A stretch of 64,000 nt of DNA from Chloroflexota bacterium (GTDB lineage: Bacteria; Chloroflexota; UBA11872). Below are positions 50,211-59,377 of the stretch, one piece after another; the first letter of the stretch is position 1; each line of letters begins with the position of its first letter. The DNA lies in contig JAJDUU010000017.1 of the NCBI GenBank assembly GCA_022826485.1, forward strand, positions 1,722-65,721. The letters are read 5' to 3'. Made by a program: the position numbers and the translations under genes. A model generated the notes under the pieces. It had not been told where the DNA came from, searched no databases, and saw only the letters and a list, made by a program, of their open reading frames with translations.

Positions 50211-50234
50211 CATTAGCCGCTGCATCTCTTTCAG

Positions 50235-51314
50235 CTAGACGGACACCGCCTTGACCTCGTCGGACCAGTCGGTCCAGATGCTGCCCTTGGGGCCGGCGGC
50301 GAGCCGCTCGTCGGACCAGGTGTCGGGCTTCTTGTGGAAGCCGTAGAGCGTGGCCTGGCGGATGATGTCGGGGTGTTCATTCCAGCCGGCCAGGTGCAGC
50401 ATGATCGTGTGCCAGAGCACCACGGATCCGGCGGGTCCCGCGGTCATCACGGGCTCCGTGTCGGCCTTGATGTCGCCGATCGGGGGATCGGTGTAGCCGA
50501 TGAACTTGGGCGAGTCCTCGCCGTTCACGATGGCGGTGTCCCCGTGGTTCTTGGCCTCCCAGTAGTCCCAGATGCGCGTGTGACTGCGCGGAAAGAGCAT
50601 CAGCCCGCCCGCGCCGGGCGGCACGTCGTCGAAGTAGACCGCGGTCTGCAAGAGCTGGCGCGTGTGGTAGAGACCCTCGCCCGCGTGGGCGCCGCGCCAA
50701 TCGGGCGGGGTCGATACGGGGCTGTTGGGCAGGGTGCAATACATGCCGCGGGTGCCCTGGGCGGTCATCCAGTGGGGGCCGGTGCTGGGCAGCCGCAGGT
50801 ACTCCGTCTCGCCCGAGCCCTTGCCGGTCCACTCCTCGTGCCGGGGGCCCATGTGGACTTCCATGCCGTCGGCGATCTTCTTGGTCATGAAGCAGGGGCC
50901 GGTGCTGCAGCCGGAGTCGTCGACGCCGCCGGGGAACACGACCTCGCCTTTGCCAAGCAACTGCTCCGCGATGTCCCAGACCGCGCGGGCGCCGATATCG
51001 AGCAGCAGATCCTCCGCGCCGTTGCGAATGATCATGCGATGACCGCCGCCGGAGAAATAGGGATCGCCGCCGACCTCGGGCCGCTCGTAGCCGGCCTTCT
51101 CCTCGTCGGTGAACGGCACCCAGGTGGCGGGGTCGTCGCGCTTCATGCTGGGCCGGCTCTCGGCCACGGTCTCCCACATTTGATCGCGGGCCCGGCGGCA
51201 GAGGTCGGCGTCGATCGCACCCGGGAGCACGAGGTAGCCGGTGCGCTTGAACTCGGCGATCTGGCTCTCGGTGAGGCGGGCAACTTGCGGGACGCTTGGG
51301 GCGGTCGCCGTCAT
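50235..51314 (-). CDS. PhyH-like Fe(II)/2-oxoglutarate dioxygenase family protein (second copy, divergent)
   Basis: LTESQIAEFKRTGYLVLPGAI N-terminus and the distal GSVVLWHTIMLHLAGWN...R segment. Start placed at the internal ATG (51312-51314). Confidence 0.6.
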   Translation of the reverse strand: MTATAPSVPQVARLTESQIAEFKRTGYLVLPGAIDADLCRRARDQMWETVAESRPSMKRDDPATWVPFTDEEKAGYERPEVGGDPYFSGGGHRMIIRNGAEDLLLDIGARAVWDIAEQLLGKGEVVFPGGVDDSGCSTGPCFMTKKIADGMEVHMGPRHEEWTGKGSGETEYLRLPSTGPHWMTAQGTRGMYCTLPNSPVSTPPDWRGAHAGEGLYHTRQLLQTAVYFDDVPPGAGGLMLFPRSHTRIWDYWEAKNHGDTAIVNGEDSPKFIGYTDPPIGDIKADTEPVMTAGPAGSVVLWHTIMLHLAGWNEHPDIIRQATLYGFHKKPDTWSDERLAAGPKGSIWTDWSDEVKAVSV

Positions 51315-51355
51315 GGGATCTCGTCCTTGTGTGGGTGATGCCCTCACGCTGATGG

Positions 51356-52627
51356 GTGAGTATGGCCCACGCCGCCGGTGGTCACCAGTGCTCGGGGGCC
51401 GAGGGCTCCGCTGCTTCTGATGAGCCGTCTCGGGGCCCGCGCTCGGGCGTCGATTCGGTCCCACCGCGCAGGCTCGTCAGGGGCGTCCGCAGTACGATCC
51501 ACTGCACTGTGGGCAGCGGCCAAGTTCCCTACGACCTCGAGGGCGTCGAGCGGACGACGCTGACCGAGGCCGACATCGACGACTTGCGGGTCGGCGCCTG
51601 GATTCTCGGCACGGGCGGCGGCGGCGATCCCACCTACGGCTATCTCTGCCTCAAGAAGCTCTACGCGCAAGGCCGCGTGGTCGAGGTCATCGACCCGATG
51701 GACCTGCCGGACGACGCCTATGTGGCCGCCGTCAACCAGATGGGGTCGCCGCTGCCGGCCGAGGAGCGGCTGACCGATCCGGCGACGGTGACGCGGGCGA
51801 TCCGGGAGATGGAAGCCTATGCGGGCATTCGATTCACGGCCGTGATGCCCTGGGAGATCGGCGGCGGGAATGCGTTTCAGCCGCTGCTGGCGGCGGCCAT
51901 GCTCGGATTGCCGGTCGTGGACGCCGACGCCATGGGCCGGGCCTTCCCCGAGGCGCAGATGACGAGCTTCGCCGTCAAAGACTTCACGTGCCATCCGTTG
52001 GTGATGGCCGACATCCGGCCCAACACCGTGATCATCTCGGAGGCGGCGGATTGGCAATGGCTCGAGCGCCTGCGCCGCCGCGCCTGCACCGAGTTGGGCG
52101 CCGTTGCCGCGACCTGCAACCCGCCGCGCACGGGCCACGAGGTGAAGACCGGCTCGCATCTGCATACGGTCACCAAGGCCCTTCGCATTGGACAGACAGT
52201 CAGGCGTGCCCAGACCGAGCACCGCGATCCGGTGGTCGCGCTGCTGCGTCACGAGCGCGGCGTCGAGCTGTTGCGCGGCAAGGTCACGGACGTGGAGCGG
52301 CAGACCACCGGCGGCTACCTGCGCGGCCGCGTCGACATTGCCGGTCTCGACACATACGCCGGCGAGACGATCCGCATCGCGTTTCAGAACGAATTCACCG
52401 TGGCCTGGCGCGACGACGAACCGTGCGCGACCACGCCGGATCTGATCTGCGTACTCGATCAGGACTCGGGCGAAGCCATCGGCACGGAAGTGATCCGGTT
52501 TGGGCAGCGCGTGGCGGTCGTCGCGCTTCCCGCGCCGGAGATGCTGCTGACCGCGCGCGGGCTCGAGCTCACGGGGCCGCGCGCGTTCGGCCACGACCTC
52601 GACTTCCACCCACTCTTCACGCGGTGA
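51356..52627 (+). CDS. DUF917 family protein (hydantoinase-associated)
   Basis: GAWILGTGGGGDP, EIGGGNAFQP, GLPVVDADAMGRAFPE. The true start is likely downstream, for example the GTG at 51509. Confidence 0.72.
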   Translation: MSMAHAAGGHQCSGAEGSAASDEPSRGPRSGVDSVPPRRLVRGVRSTIHCTVGSGQVPYDLEGVERTTLTEADIDDLRVGAWILGTGGGGDPTYGYLCLKKLYAQGRVVEVIDPMDLPDDAYVAAVNQMGSPLPAEERLTDPATVTRAIREMEAYAGIRFTAVMPWEIGGGNAFQPLLAAAMLGLPVVDADAMGRAFPEAQMTSFAVKDFTCHPLVMADIRPNTVIISEAADWQWLERLRRRACTELGAVAATCNPPRTGHEVKTGSHLHTVTKALRIGQTVRRAQTEHRDPVVALLRHERGVELLRGKVTDVERQTTGGYLRGRVDIAGLDTYAGETIRIAFQNEFTVAWRDDEPCATTPDLICVLDQDSGEAIGTEVIRFGQRVAVVALPAPEMLLTARGLELTGPRAFGHDLDFHPLFTR

Positions 52628-52631
52628 TCCG

Positions 52632-54272
52632 GTGAGGGTTATCGGGATCGACGTCGGCGGGACCAGCACGGACGCCGTGCTCTTGCATGAGCGTGCGGTG
52701 CACCATTATGTCAAGACAGCGACTACCGCCGACGTGAGCTCGGGCATCACGGCCGCGCTCGACGCGCTGCTGGCGACGGCCGGACCGGTCGCCGCAAGCG
52801 TCGACGCGGTCATGCTGGGGACGACGCATTTCACCAACGCCATCGTGGAGCGGCGAGGATTGACTCCGACCGCCGCGATCCGCATCGGCCTGCCGGCGAC
52901 GGCCTTTCTGGAGCCCTTCACGGATTGGCCGTCCGATCTGGCAGCGGCCATCAACGCGCGGCACTTCATGGTGCGCGGCGGTCACGAATACGACGGTCGC
53001 CCAATCGTGCCGTTCGATGCGGAGGCGGTGGAGTCTGCGGCCCGCGAGATCCGGGAGGCCGGAATCCGAGCCGTCGCGATCGCATCCGTGTTCTCGCCGC
53101 TCGACTCAACGCAGGAGGAACAAGCCGGCCGGATCGTGCGCCGCACGTGCCCCGAGGCCAGCGTCACGCTGTCGCATCGGCTGGGGCGCATCGGCCTGCT
53201 GCCGCGCGAGAATGTCACCATTCTCAACGCCAGCCTGGTCGACCTGGCGCGCACGACGACGGCCGCGTTTGCCGACGGCCTGCGGATGGTCGGGATCGAC
53301 GCGCCCGTCTATCTGACTCAGAACGACGGGACCATCGCCCGGATGGAGCGGGCGGCGGCGTTGCCAATCCTCAGCGTCGCTTGCGGACCCACCAACAGCA
53401 TGCGGGGCGCGGCGTTTCTATCGGGCATGTCCGACGCGCTCGTGATCGACGTGGGCGGAACGACGACCGACATCGGCTATCTGCGGCACGGCCTGCCGCG
53501 CCAAGCCAACCGCGAGGTCGAGATCGGCGGCGTGCGCACGCTGTTCCAGATGCCGGACCTGCTGTCGCTGCCACTCGGCGGCGGGTCGAGAGTCAAGACG
53601 TCGCCGCCGGCCATCGGCCCGGAGAGCGTGGGGTTCCGGTTGAGGGAGCTTGGCCGCGTCTTCGGCGGCCAGGTCACCACCGGCACCGACGTGGCCGTGG
53701 CCGCCGGAGTCTCATCCCTGGGCGATCCGCGTCGCGTGGCCGATTTGCCGGACGGTTTGGTCGGTGCGGCGATGGCGATGGTTCGCGCCCGTCTCGAGGA
53801 CGCCATTGATCGCGTGAAGCCCGACGCGGAGCTCCGGCCGGCGATCGCGGTGGGTGGCGCGGCGTTCTTGGTACCGGACCGCCTGGCCGGCGCGGGCGAC
53901 ACGGTCCGCGTCCCGCATGCCGCGGTCGCCAACGCCGTGGGCGCCGCGATGGCCCAGGTGAGCGGCGAATCCGACCGGGTCTACCGCAACGTGCCGCGCG
54001 ACGAGGCCATCGCAGCGGCGACCACGGCCGCCCGATCGGACGCCATCGCCGCCGGCGCCGATTCCGACACGCTGGAGGTCGTCGAGGTCGAGGACCTGCC
54101 GCTGGCCTATCTGCCCGGCAACTCGCGTCGCGTGCGGGCGAAGGTTCTTGGCGACGTCGCCTGGCCGCTCGGACCGGCTCAGGCTGGCGCAGGCGCTCGT
54201 GGGCAACTCCCGAGCAACGAGGGTGCCCGGGCATGTGAGGGCTCAGATCCGTTCCGCAGCCTCAAATGGTGA
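52632..54272 (+). CDS. Hydantoinase/oxoprolinase (HyuA-like) family protein
   Basis: MRVIGIDVGGTSTDAVLL and VIDVGGTTTDIG ASKHA-fold phosphate motifs. Confidence 0.8.
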   Translation: MRVIGIDVGGTSTDAVLLHERAVHHYVKTATTADVSSGITAALDALLATAGPVAASVDAVMLGTTHFTNAIVERRGLTPTAAIRIGLPATAFLEPFTDWPSDLAAAINARHFMVRGGHEYDGRPIVPFDAEAVESAAREIREAGIRAVAIASVFSPLDSTQEEQAGRIVRRTCPEASVTLSHRLGRIGLLPRENVTILNASLVDLARTTTAAFADGLRMVGIDAPVYLTQNDGTIARMERAAALPILSVACGPTNSMRGAAFLSGMSDALVIDVGGTTTDIGYLRHGLPRQANREVEIGGVRTLFQMPDLLSLPLGGGSRVKTSPPAIGPESVGFRLRELGRVFGGQVTTGTDVAVAAGVSSLGDPRRVADLPDGLVGAAMAMVRARLEDAIDRVKPDAELRPAIAVGGAAFLVPDRLAGAGDTVRVPHAAVANAVGAAMAQVSGESDRVYRNVPRDEAIAAATTAARSDAIAAGADSDTLEVVEVEDLPLAYLPGNSRRVRAKVLGDVAWPLGPAQAGAGARGQLPSNEGARACEGSDPFRSLKW

Positions 54273-54429
54273 ATTCCCAGGCTGAGAGTAGGGAGACCCA
54301 CGCTCTGGCCTCATACCCCGCGACGCCGGCCCACCCCACCCCCGCAGCGTGAACGCTGCGCTATCGTGAGCAGCCGCCATTACGGCGGTCAGATGCCTCC
54401 GGCGGCGGCACGGGAAGCGCAGGTGATTC

Positions 54430-54843
54430 ATGGCGATGGTTTCGCGAGTGGTCGGCGGCCTGATGCTGGGGTACGTGGGGCTTTACCTGGCGCAATACCT
54501 GTTCAGCGCGTGCTACGACGATCCGGGGCGCGTGTGGAGCGTGCTGAACGTCATCTCGGGGATAGGCATTCTCATCGCCCTCGGGGTGAACCTGGCGCGC
54601 TTGCGCTCGCTGTCCGGCGGCGAGACGCCGGGCCTGACCCGGCTGGGCGCGACCACGCTGGTCTACGCGAACGCCGGGCTGGCCATCTGGTACTTCCACA
54701 ACTGGATCCGCCTGCTGATATTGGCCCCCGGCGAAGTCACCAGCGTGCACCACGAGGTGATCTGGCAGATCATCGCGCTGCTGATCCCCCTAGTGCTCGC
54801 CACCACCGGCTGGCGGCTCTGGCGAGGGCCGGGCAATTCCTGA
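54430..54843 (+). CDS. Hypothetical 4-TM membrane protein
   Basis: Four hydrophobic helices. No family recognised. Confidence 0.45.
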   Translation: MAMVSRVVGGLMLGYVGLYLAQYLFSACYDDPGRVWSVLNVISGIGILIALGVNLARLRSLSGGETPGLTRLGATTLVYANAGLAIWYFHNWIRLLILAPGEVTSVHHEVIWQIIALLIPLVLATTGWRLWRGPGNS

Positions 54844-54870
54844 GCGCCTTCACGCTGGTAGCGAGGTGAG

Positions 54871-55179
54871 ATGGGGGCACGACGGCGAGCGTGGGGAGCT
54901 GAAGCCCGCAAGCATATTGCGGCCTTGCTGAAACAGGCCGAGCGGAAAGGCGCTCAGCATGTCGACATTCGTGCCGGAGAGGTGGAGAAACGGCTATGGC
55001 CCCATGGGCCGACTCGCACGCCTTGCGTTTGCGGCGCGATGATCGCGTTGATGGCGCCGGGCGACTGGTTTCGCCGTAGACCACCGAATGGCCTGGGAAC
55101 AAGGCTCACGATCCGCTATCGGCTGCCGCGGCCATGCAGTGAGTCTGGCATGCGCCACAGTAACGGGAGCGGTGTGTAA
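54871..55179 (+). CDS. Hypothetical protein
   Basis: ORF ending 3 nt before hicA. Its composition is moderately Arg-rich and coding status is uncertain. Confidence 0.25.
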   Translation: MGARRRAWGAEARKHIAALLKQAERKGAQHVDIRAGEVEKRLWPHGPTRTPCVCGAMIALMAPGDWFRRRPPNGLGTRLTIRYRLPRPCSESGMRHSNGSGV

Positions 55180-55182
55180 GAG

Positions 55183-55386
55183 GTGCCGGTAACCGTACGC
55201 GAGGCGATTCGCCTGATCGAGAGTGCTGGCTGGTACCTTGCCCGTACACGCGGCAGCCACCGGCAGTACAAGCACCCGAGCCGGCGAGGTCGTGTCACCA
55301 TCGCCGGGCAACCTGGCGAGGAGTTGCGCCCGGGCACTTGGGCTAGCATCCGGCGGCAAGCTGAACTGAAGGGAGGACCGGAATGA
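55183..55386 (+). CDS. hicA: Type II toxin HicA (mRNA interferase)
   Basis: 67 aa. VREAIRLIESAGWYLARTRGSHRQYKHP contains the HicA G-S-H-x-x-x-x-H-P core. GTG start. Confidence 0.85.
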   Translation: MPVTVREAIRLIESAGWYLARTRGSHRQYKHPSRRGRVTIAGQPGEELRPGTWASIRRQAELKGGPE

Positions 55387-55607
55387 CCTATCGCGTAGTA
55401 GTCGAACAAGGGCCCCACGGTTGCTCGGCCTACGTGCCGCGGCTCCCTGGTTGCGTGGCCACCGGGCGCACGCCCGAGGAAGCCGAACTGCGCGTGCGCG
55501 AGGCGATCGAGTTCCACATCGAGGGCTTGCGTGAGGATGGATGCCCAATTCCCGAGCCCGAAACAACGGTTCACGAATTCGACCCGTCGCGCCAATTGGC
55601 GTCCTAG
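55383..55607 (+). CDS. hicB: Type II antitoxin HicB
   Basis: YRVVVEQGPHGCSAYVPRLPGCVATGRTPEEAELRVREAIEFHIEGLREDGCPIPEP is the HicB/UPF0150 fold pattern. ATGA overlap with hicA. Confidence 0.85.
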   Translation: MTYRVVVEQGPHGCSAYVPRLPGCVATGRTPEEAELRVREAIEFHIEGLREDGCPIPEPETTVHEFDPSRQLAS

Positions 55608-55901
55608 CGGCCTGAGAAGACATGCAGGTGGCCGCGGCCCCTGTTCGCCCGTGCGAGCCGGCGCCAGGTTGTCGCTGTCGCCATGCCTGCACGCGGCAAC
55701 GCTTCGTGCTCCCACTCCTCGAAGCGTTGCCTGATCTGTAGGCTCGGGCTCACCGACCCCCGAGAACGCCTAGACGGAGGAGCAGGCCCGCCGCCGCACC
55801 GTCAGGCCCACATGCGTTCTGCCCACCTCGCACGCTTGGACCGCAGCAATAGACAAGGGCAGGCGTCGCTGGCGATGGGTGCCCGATCAGCCCACGTACG
55901 A

Positions 55902-58316
55902 CTACGGCTCTCGATTCCCGAGGGTAAGGGAGATCTGGGTGTCGAGCGGCTCCCCGACGGCCGTGACGCGCACTGGGTGCGTCACCGACGGCGCGTAGCC
56001 AAGCTCGGTCTGGACTAGGCGTACCGCAGGCTCGCCAAATCTCAGCATGAACACCTCACCGTTGGCATCGATTCCGAAGGAACTAACCCGCAGTTGTAGG
56101 TCCGCAATCTCGAAGAGACGCCAGCCAGGAACCGCACTGCGGTCGAAAGCCCAAATTCGCGCAGTGCAATAGTCGGAAAAGAGATAGACGCCATTGAGAT
56201 CCGGGATGGCGGTTCCTCGATAGACAATTCCGCCAACGATCGCACAACCATCGACGCGGCTATAGTAAACTAATGGCATTGTAAGACTCGAGTAATCCAA
56301 GTTATTCTGACACATGCTCACGGATCCGATCTTGCGGTCAATATCGGCAGTAATATCGGGGTGAAATTGAGTGCATCTGTAACCTTCGAAATACGGCCAG
56401 CCGAGGTTCGCTCCAGGGGTCACAATTGACACTTCTTCTTCATCAAGTGCCCCTACGTCGCCAACCCATAGATCTCCACCCTTCGGGTCGAATGCCATGC
56501 GCCAGGGGTTCCTGAGTCCGTATGCCCAAATCTCGGGTCGCGAGTTCGGTCGGTCCTGTAGCGGGTTGTCGGCGGGAATCCGATAGGGTCGATCGGCCGA
56601 TGCTCCGGCTACGTCGATTCGGATGATCTTCCCATGCAATGAGTCTAGGCTCTGTGCACACTCGCTGCATTGACCGTCGCCGATGCCCAAATACAGCATC
56701 CCATCGGGTCCAAACCTGATGGCGCCACCCCAATGTTGTTTCGCCTCGGTTGTTCTCGGGATGTCGAGGATGACGAATTCCCGCTCGCGCGGGACCATGC
56801 CATCCACGAGTGGAAAGCGTGAGAGTCGAGCCAGAAATCGGTCTTCGTCGCGGTCGTCCTGCATCGTGTAGTACACGTAGAGGAATGGTGAATTCGGAAA
56901 ATCCGGGTCGATTGCCATGCTCAGCAATCCGGCCTCGGACGCGTTGGAAAAAACAACGTCGGTTAGGTCCAGCACCTGTCGTGATCCAGACTCCGACGAC
57001 AGCACGGCTATTGAGCCTGCCCTCTCGGCAACCGCCACACCGCCATGCGGCCAGGGGATCAATTCGACCGGCTCAGCGAGATCGACGTCGGGAAAGGCGT
57101 TCGCGACGAGCAGGCGGTCATAGGGTTCAGGGAGGGAATCCGGCTCGGACGACCAGCAGGCAACTTGGCCAACCTCATTGATGCCGCAGACGTCACGCCA
57201 TCCGACGCTCAGCGACGTGAACGCCCCGGGCGGACCGAACGACTCCGATGGTGCGTCGGTGGGCGACGTATCCCAGCACTCGACCTGGCCGGTCGTGAGC
57301 GCACCGCACGTGCGGTGATCACCAGCGCTAATGCGGTCAAACACGGTCGCGGGCGGGTCGGACTGTCCGTCGTCGCTCTGGCCCTGGCACAGGACCGTGC
57401 CGTCGTCGCGCAGGACGCACGTATGCAGGAGTCCAACGGCGAGGGCGCGGAACGGACCCGCGCGGGAATCGGCACGTCCATTGTCGTTCTTGCCCCAACA
57501 CATCAAGTCCGCGTTGGCCGTCAGGCCGCAGCTGTGCTCCGCGCCGGCGCCGATGGCGGTAAACGCCACCCCGGGCGGGATGGCCGTCCGGTCATCCGCC
57601 CCCCGTCCCCAGCAGGTCGCACCGTCCGGGCCGATGCCACAGGCATGGTCCCAGCCGGCCGACACCGCGGTGAACTGGCCGTCGGGCGGGGTGGCCTGCT
57701 GGTGATTGTTCCGGCCCCAGCACGAGAGCGCTCCTTCCGTCGTGATGCCACAGGAGAAGCGCCAGCCCGAGGCGATCGACCGGAACTTGACATCGCTTGG
57801 GAGGTCCAACTGCCCTTGGTCATTGACGCCCCAGCACTGCGCGCTCCCATCGCTGCGCACGGCGCAGGCGTGGTTCTCGCCGGTTCCCACCTGCACAAAC
57901 TCGGTCTGAGCTGGCCAGGTGTCTTCCGGCGCCGCAGTGGCGGTCGGGGAGACCTCTGGTCTTGGCGTGGCCGTGGCGGACAGCGTTGGGCTCGGCGCCG
58001 CTTCGGCCGGCGTTGGGTCCGGCGTCGGGCTCGGCGATGCGACGGCCGGCGTTGGCGCCGCGGTAGCAACCTGGGCGGTCGGGGTCGTTGGTCCAGCGGT
58101 GGGCGCGGGAGATGCCGGCGGATTCGTGATCGCCCATGGCACGTTTGGCGATGTCTCGCTCGGCGCTCGATGAGGTGTGAACGCCGACTGCTGCACCGCC
58201 GTGGTCTGCTGGGGTTCGGGAGACGGTCGCGTGGAGTCCCCGCAACTGCTCAACAGCAAGAGTCCCGCCCCAGCGATCAAGCAGATCCGTAGGGGTCGTG
58301 TTCGCCAGCGTCGCAT
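55902..58316 (-). CDS. Lipoprotein fusing a Pro/Thr/Ala-rich linker, seven RCC1-like repeats and a PQQ-dependent sugar (glucose/sorbosone) dehydrogenase-type propeller
   Basis: Signal/lipobox MRRWRTRPLRICLIAGAGLLLLSSC. RCC1-like units are centred on HACAV..CWG, FSCGI..CWG, HACGI..CWG, HSCGL..CWG and so on. The dehydrogenase half has HWGGAIRFGPDGMLYLGIGDG and YGLRNPWRMAFDP. Confidence 0.75.
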   Translation of the reverse strand: MRRWRTRPLRICLIAGAGLLLLSSCGDSTRPSPEPQQTTAVQQSAFTPHRAPSETSPNVPWAITNPPASPAPTAGPTTPTAQVATAAPTPAVASPSPTPDPTPAEAAPSPTLSATATPRPEVSPTATAAPEDTWPAQTEFVQVGTGENHACAVRSDGSAQCWGVNDQGQLDLPSDVKFRSIASGWRFSCGITTEGALSCWGRNNHQQATPPDGQFTAVSAGWDHACGIGPDGATCWGRGADDRTAIPPGVAFTAIGAGAEHSCGLTANADLMCWGKNDNGRADSRAGPFRALAVGLLHTCVLRDDGTVLCQGQSDDGQSDPPATVFDRISAGDHRTCGALTTGQVECWDTSPTDAPSESFGPPGAFTSLSVGWRDVCGINEVGQVACWSSEPDSLPEPYDRLLVANAFPDVDLAEPVELIPWPHGGVAVAERAGSIAVLSSESGSRQVLDLTDVVFSNASEAGLLSMAIDPDFPNSPFLYVYYTMQDDRDEDRFLARLSRFPLVDGMVPREREFVILDIPRTTEAKQHWGGAIRFGPDGMLYLGIGDGQCSECAQSLDSLHGKIIRIDVAGASADRPYRIPADNPLQDRPNSRPEIWAYGLRNPWRMAFDPKGGDLWVGDVGALDEEEVSIVTPGANLGWPYFEGYRCTQFHPDITADIDRKIGSVSMCQNNLDYSSLTMPLVYYSRVDGCAIVGGIVYRGTAIPDLNGVYLFSDYCTARIWAFDRSAVPGWRLFEIADLQLRVSSFGIDANGEVFMLRFGEPAVRLVQTELGYAPSVTHPVRVTAVGEPLDTQISLTLGNREP

Positions 58317-58531
58317 CGCCTTGATGAAACGCTTGGGCACAAGGCGCAAGGGCAGCAGAAAACACTCCGGTCCGGCGGCGGGCATAGGGTAGCGGATGCG
58401 CCCCCGGGCGATTAGGCAATCACGAGTCCCCATCGAGTCGCGCCTGCCCGCTCAGGCTGCTGGCATCGCCGAGGATTGACGACCAAGCTGAGTCCTGGGG
58501 ATCCATCGGATGCCGCGTCAGCCGCTGGGCG

Positions 58532-59324
58532 TCACCGTGGCGTCGGCGCCGGCGGGTTCCGCGTCGTCCGGCGTGGGAGTGGCGTCGGCCCTGGCTGGTC
58601 CGGCGCCGCACCCGGGATGCCGTGAAACTCGTAGCCTCGCGACGAGAGCTCGGTGCGGAGCGTCTTGCCATCGATCCTGATGATGTTGAGGGTTCCGGCG
58701 TGCGCGCCAGTGCCGCCGCGGACGGTGAACCACGCCGCCAGCGCGCCGTCGGGCAGAGCCCAGCCGGTCGGCGTCAGATCGACCTGCGTTCGCTGCGGCG
58801 CCAGCTCGATCTCCAGCCGATCGACCTCGATCCACTCGCTCTCCTCGGAGAGCCGATACACCGCCGCGAAGTGAAAGAAGTTCTCGAACTCGTGATCGGC
58901 CGTAATCCTGGCGGGCTACGGGCCGTCCGTGACCGCGCCCCAGAACTCACCCTCCGCGCCGGGCAGCACCAGCGGAAACATGCACCGGCTGGGCTTGGGC
59001 ATCGGGGAACTCTTGGCGAGTGCTTTCCTGCACGACCTGGCGCAGCCCCTCGGCCAGCAAGTCCTCGGCGGTCGGCTCGGGCGGCGGCGCGTCAGACGGC
59101 ATCGCGCCATCCACACCTGCAGGCGGGATGTAGAGGTGCAAGGCGGTAGTCGGACCGGGAGTCGGACTCGGCGGCGGGGTGTCGATCGGCGCGGGCGTTG
59201 GGTCGGGCGACGGCGTGGGCGATGGGGCCCGGTCAGCCGCGGCCTGCGTTAACCGCGGCGGCGGCGTTTGGACGGCAGGCGCGGATTCGATCGGACCACG
59301 CGTGCCGCCCAGGGCAAGCAGCAT
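58532..59324 (-). pseudogene. Probable decayed gene for a secreted Pro-rich protein (frameshift plus in-frame TAG)
   Basis: Three ORF pieces: 58947..59324, 58916..59116 and 58532..58861. The last two share a frame and are separated by one TAG, with a sensible peptide reading across it. See the finding. Confidence 0.3.
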
Positions 59325-59377
59325 GAGGCCCGCCGACGCCGCCCCACAGCCATCACGCGTGCATGGACCGCGAGCCC

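Noticed and set aside
51344-52669. 441-aa minus-strand ORF antisense to the DUF917 gene
   Set aside because: Off-frame artefact. The DUF917 motifs are on the plus strand.
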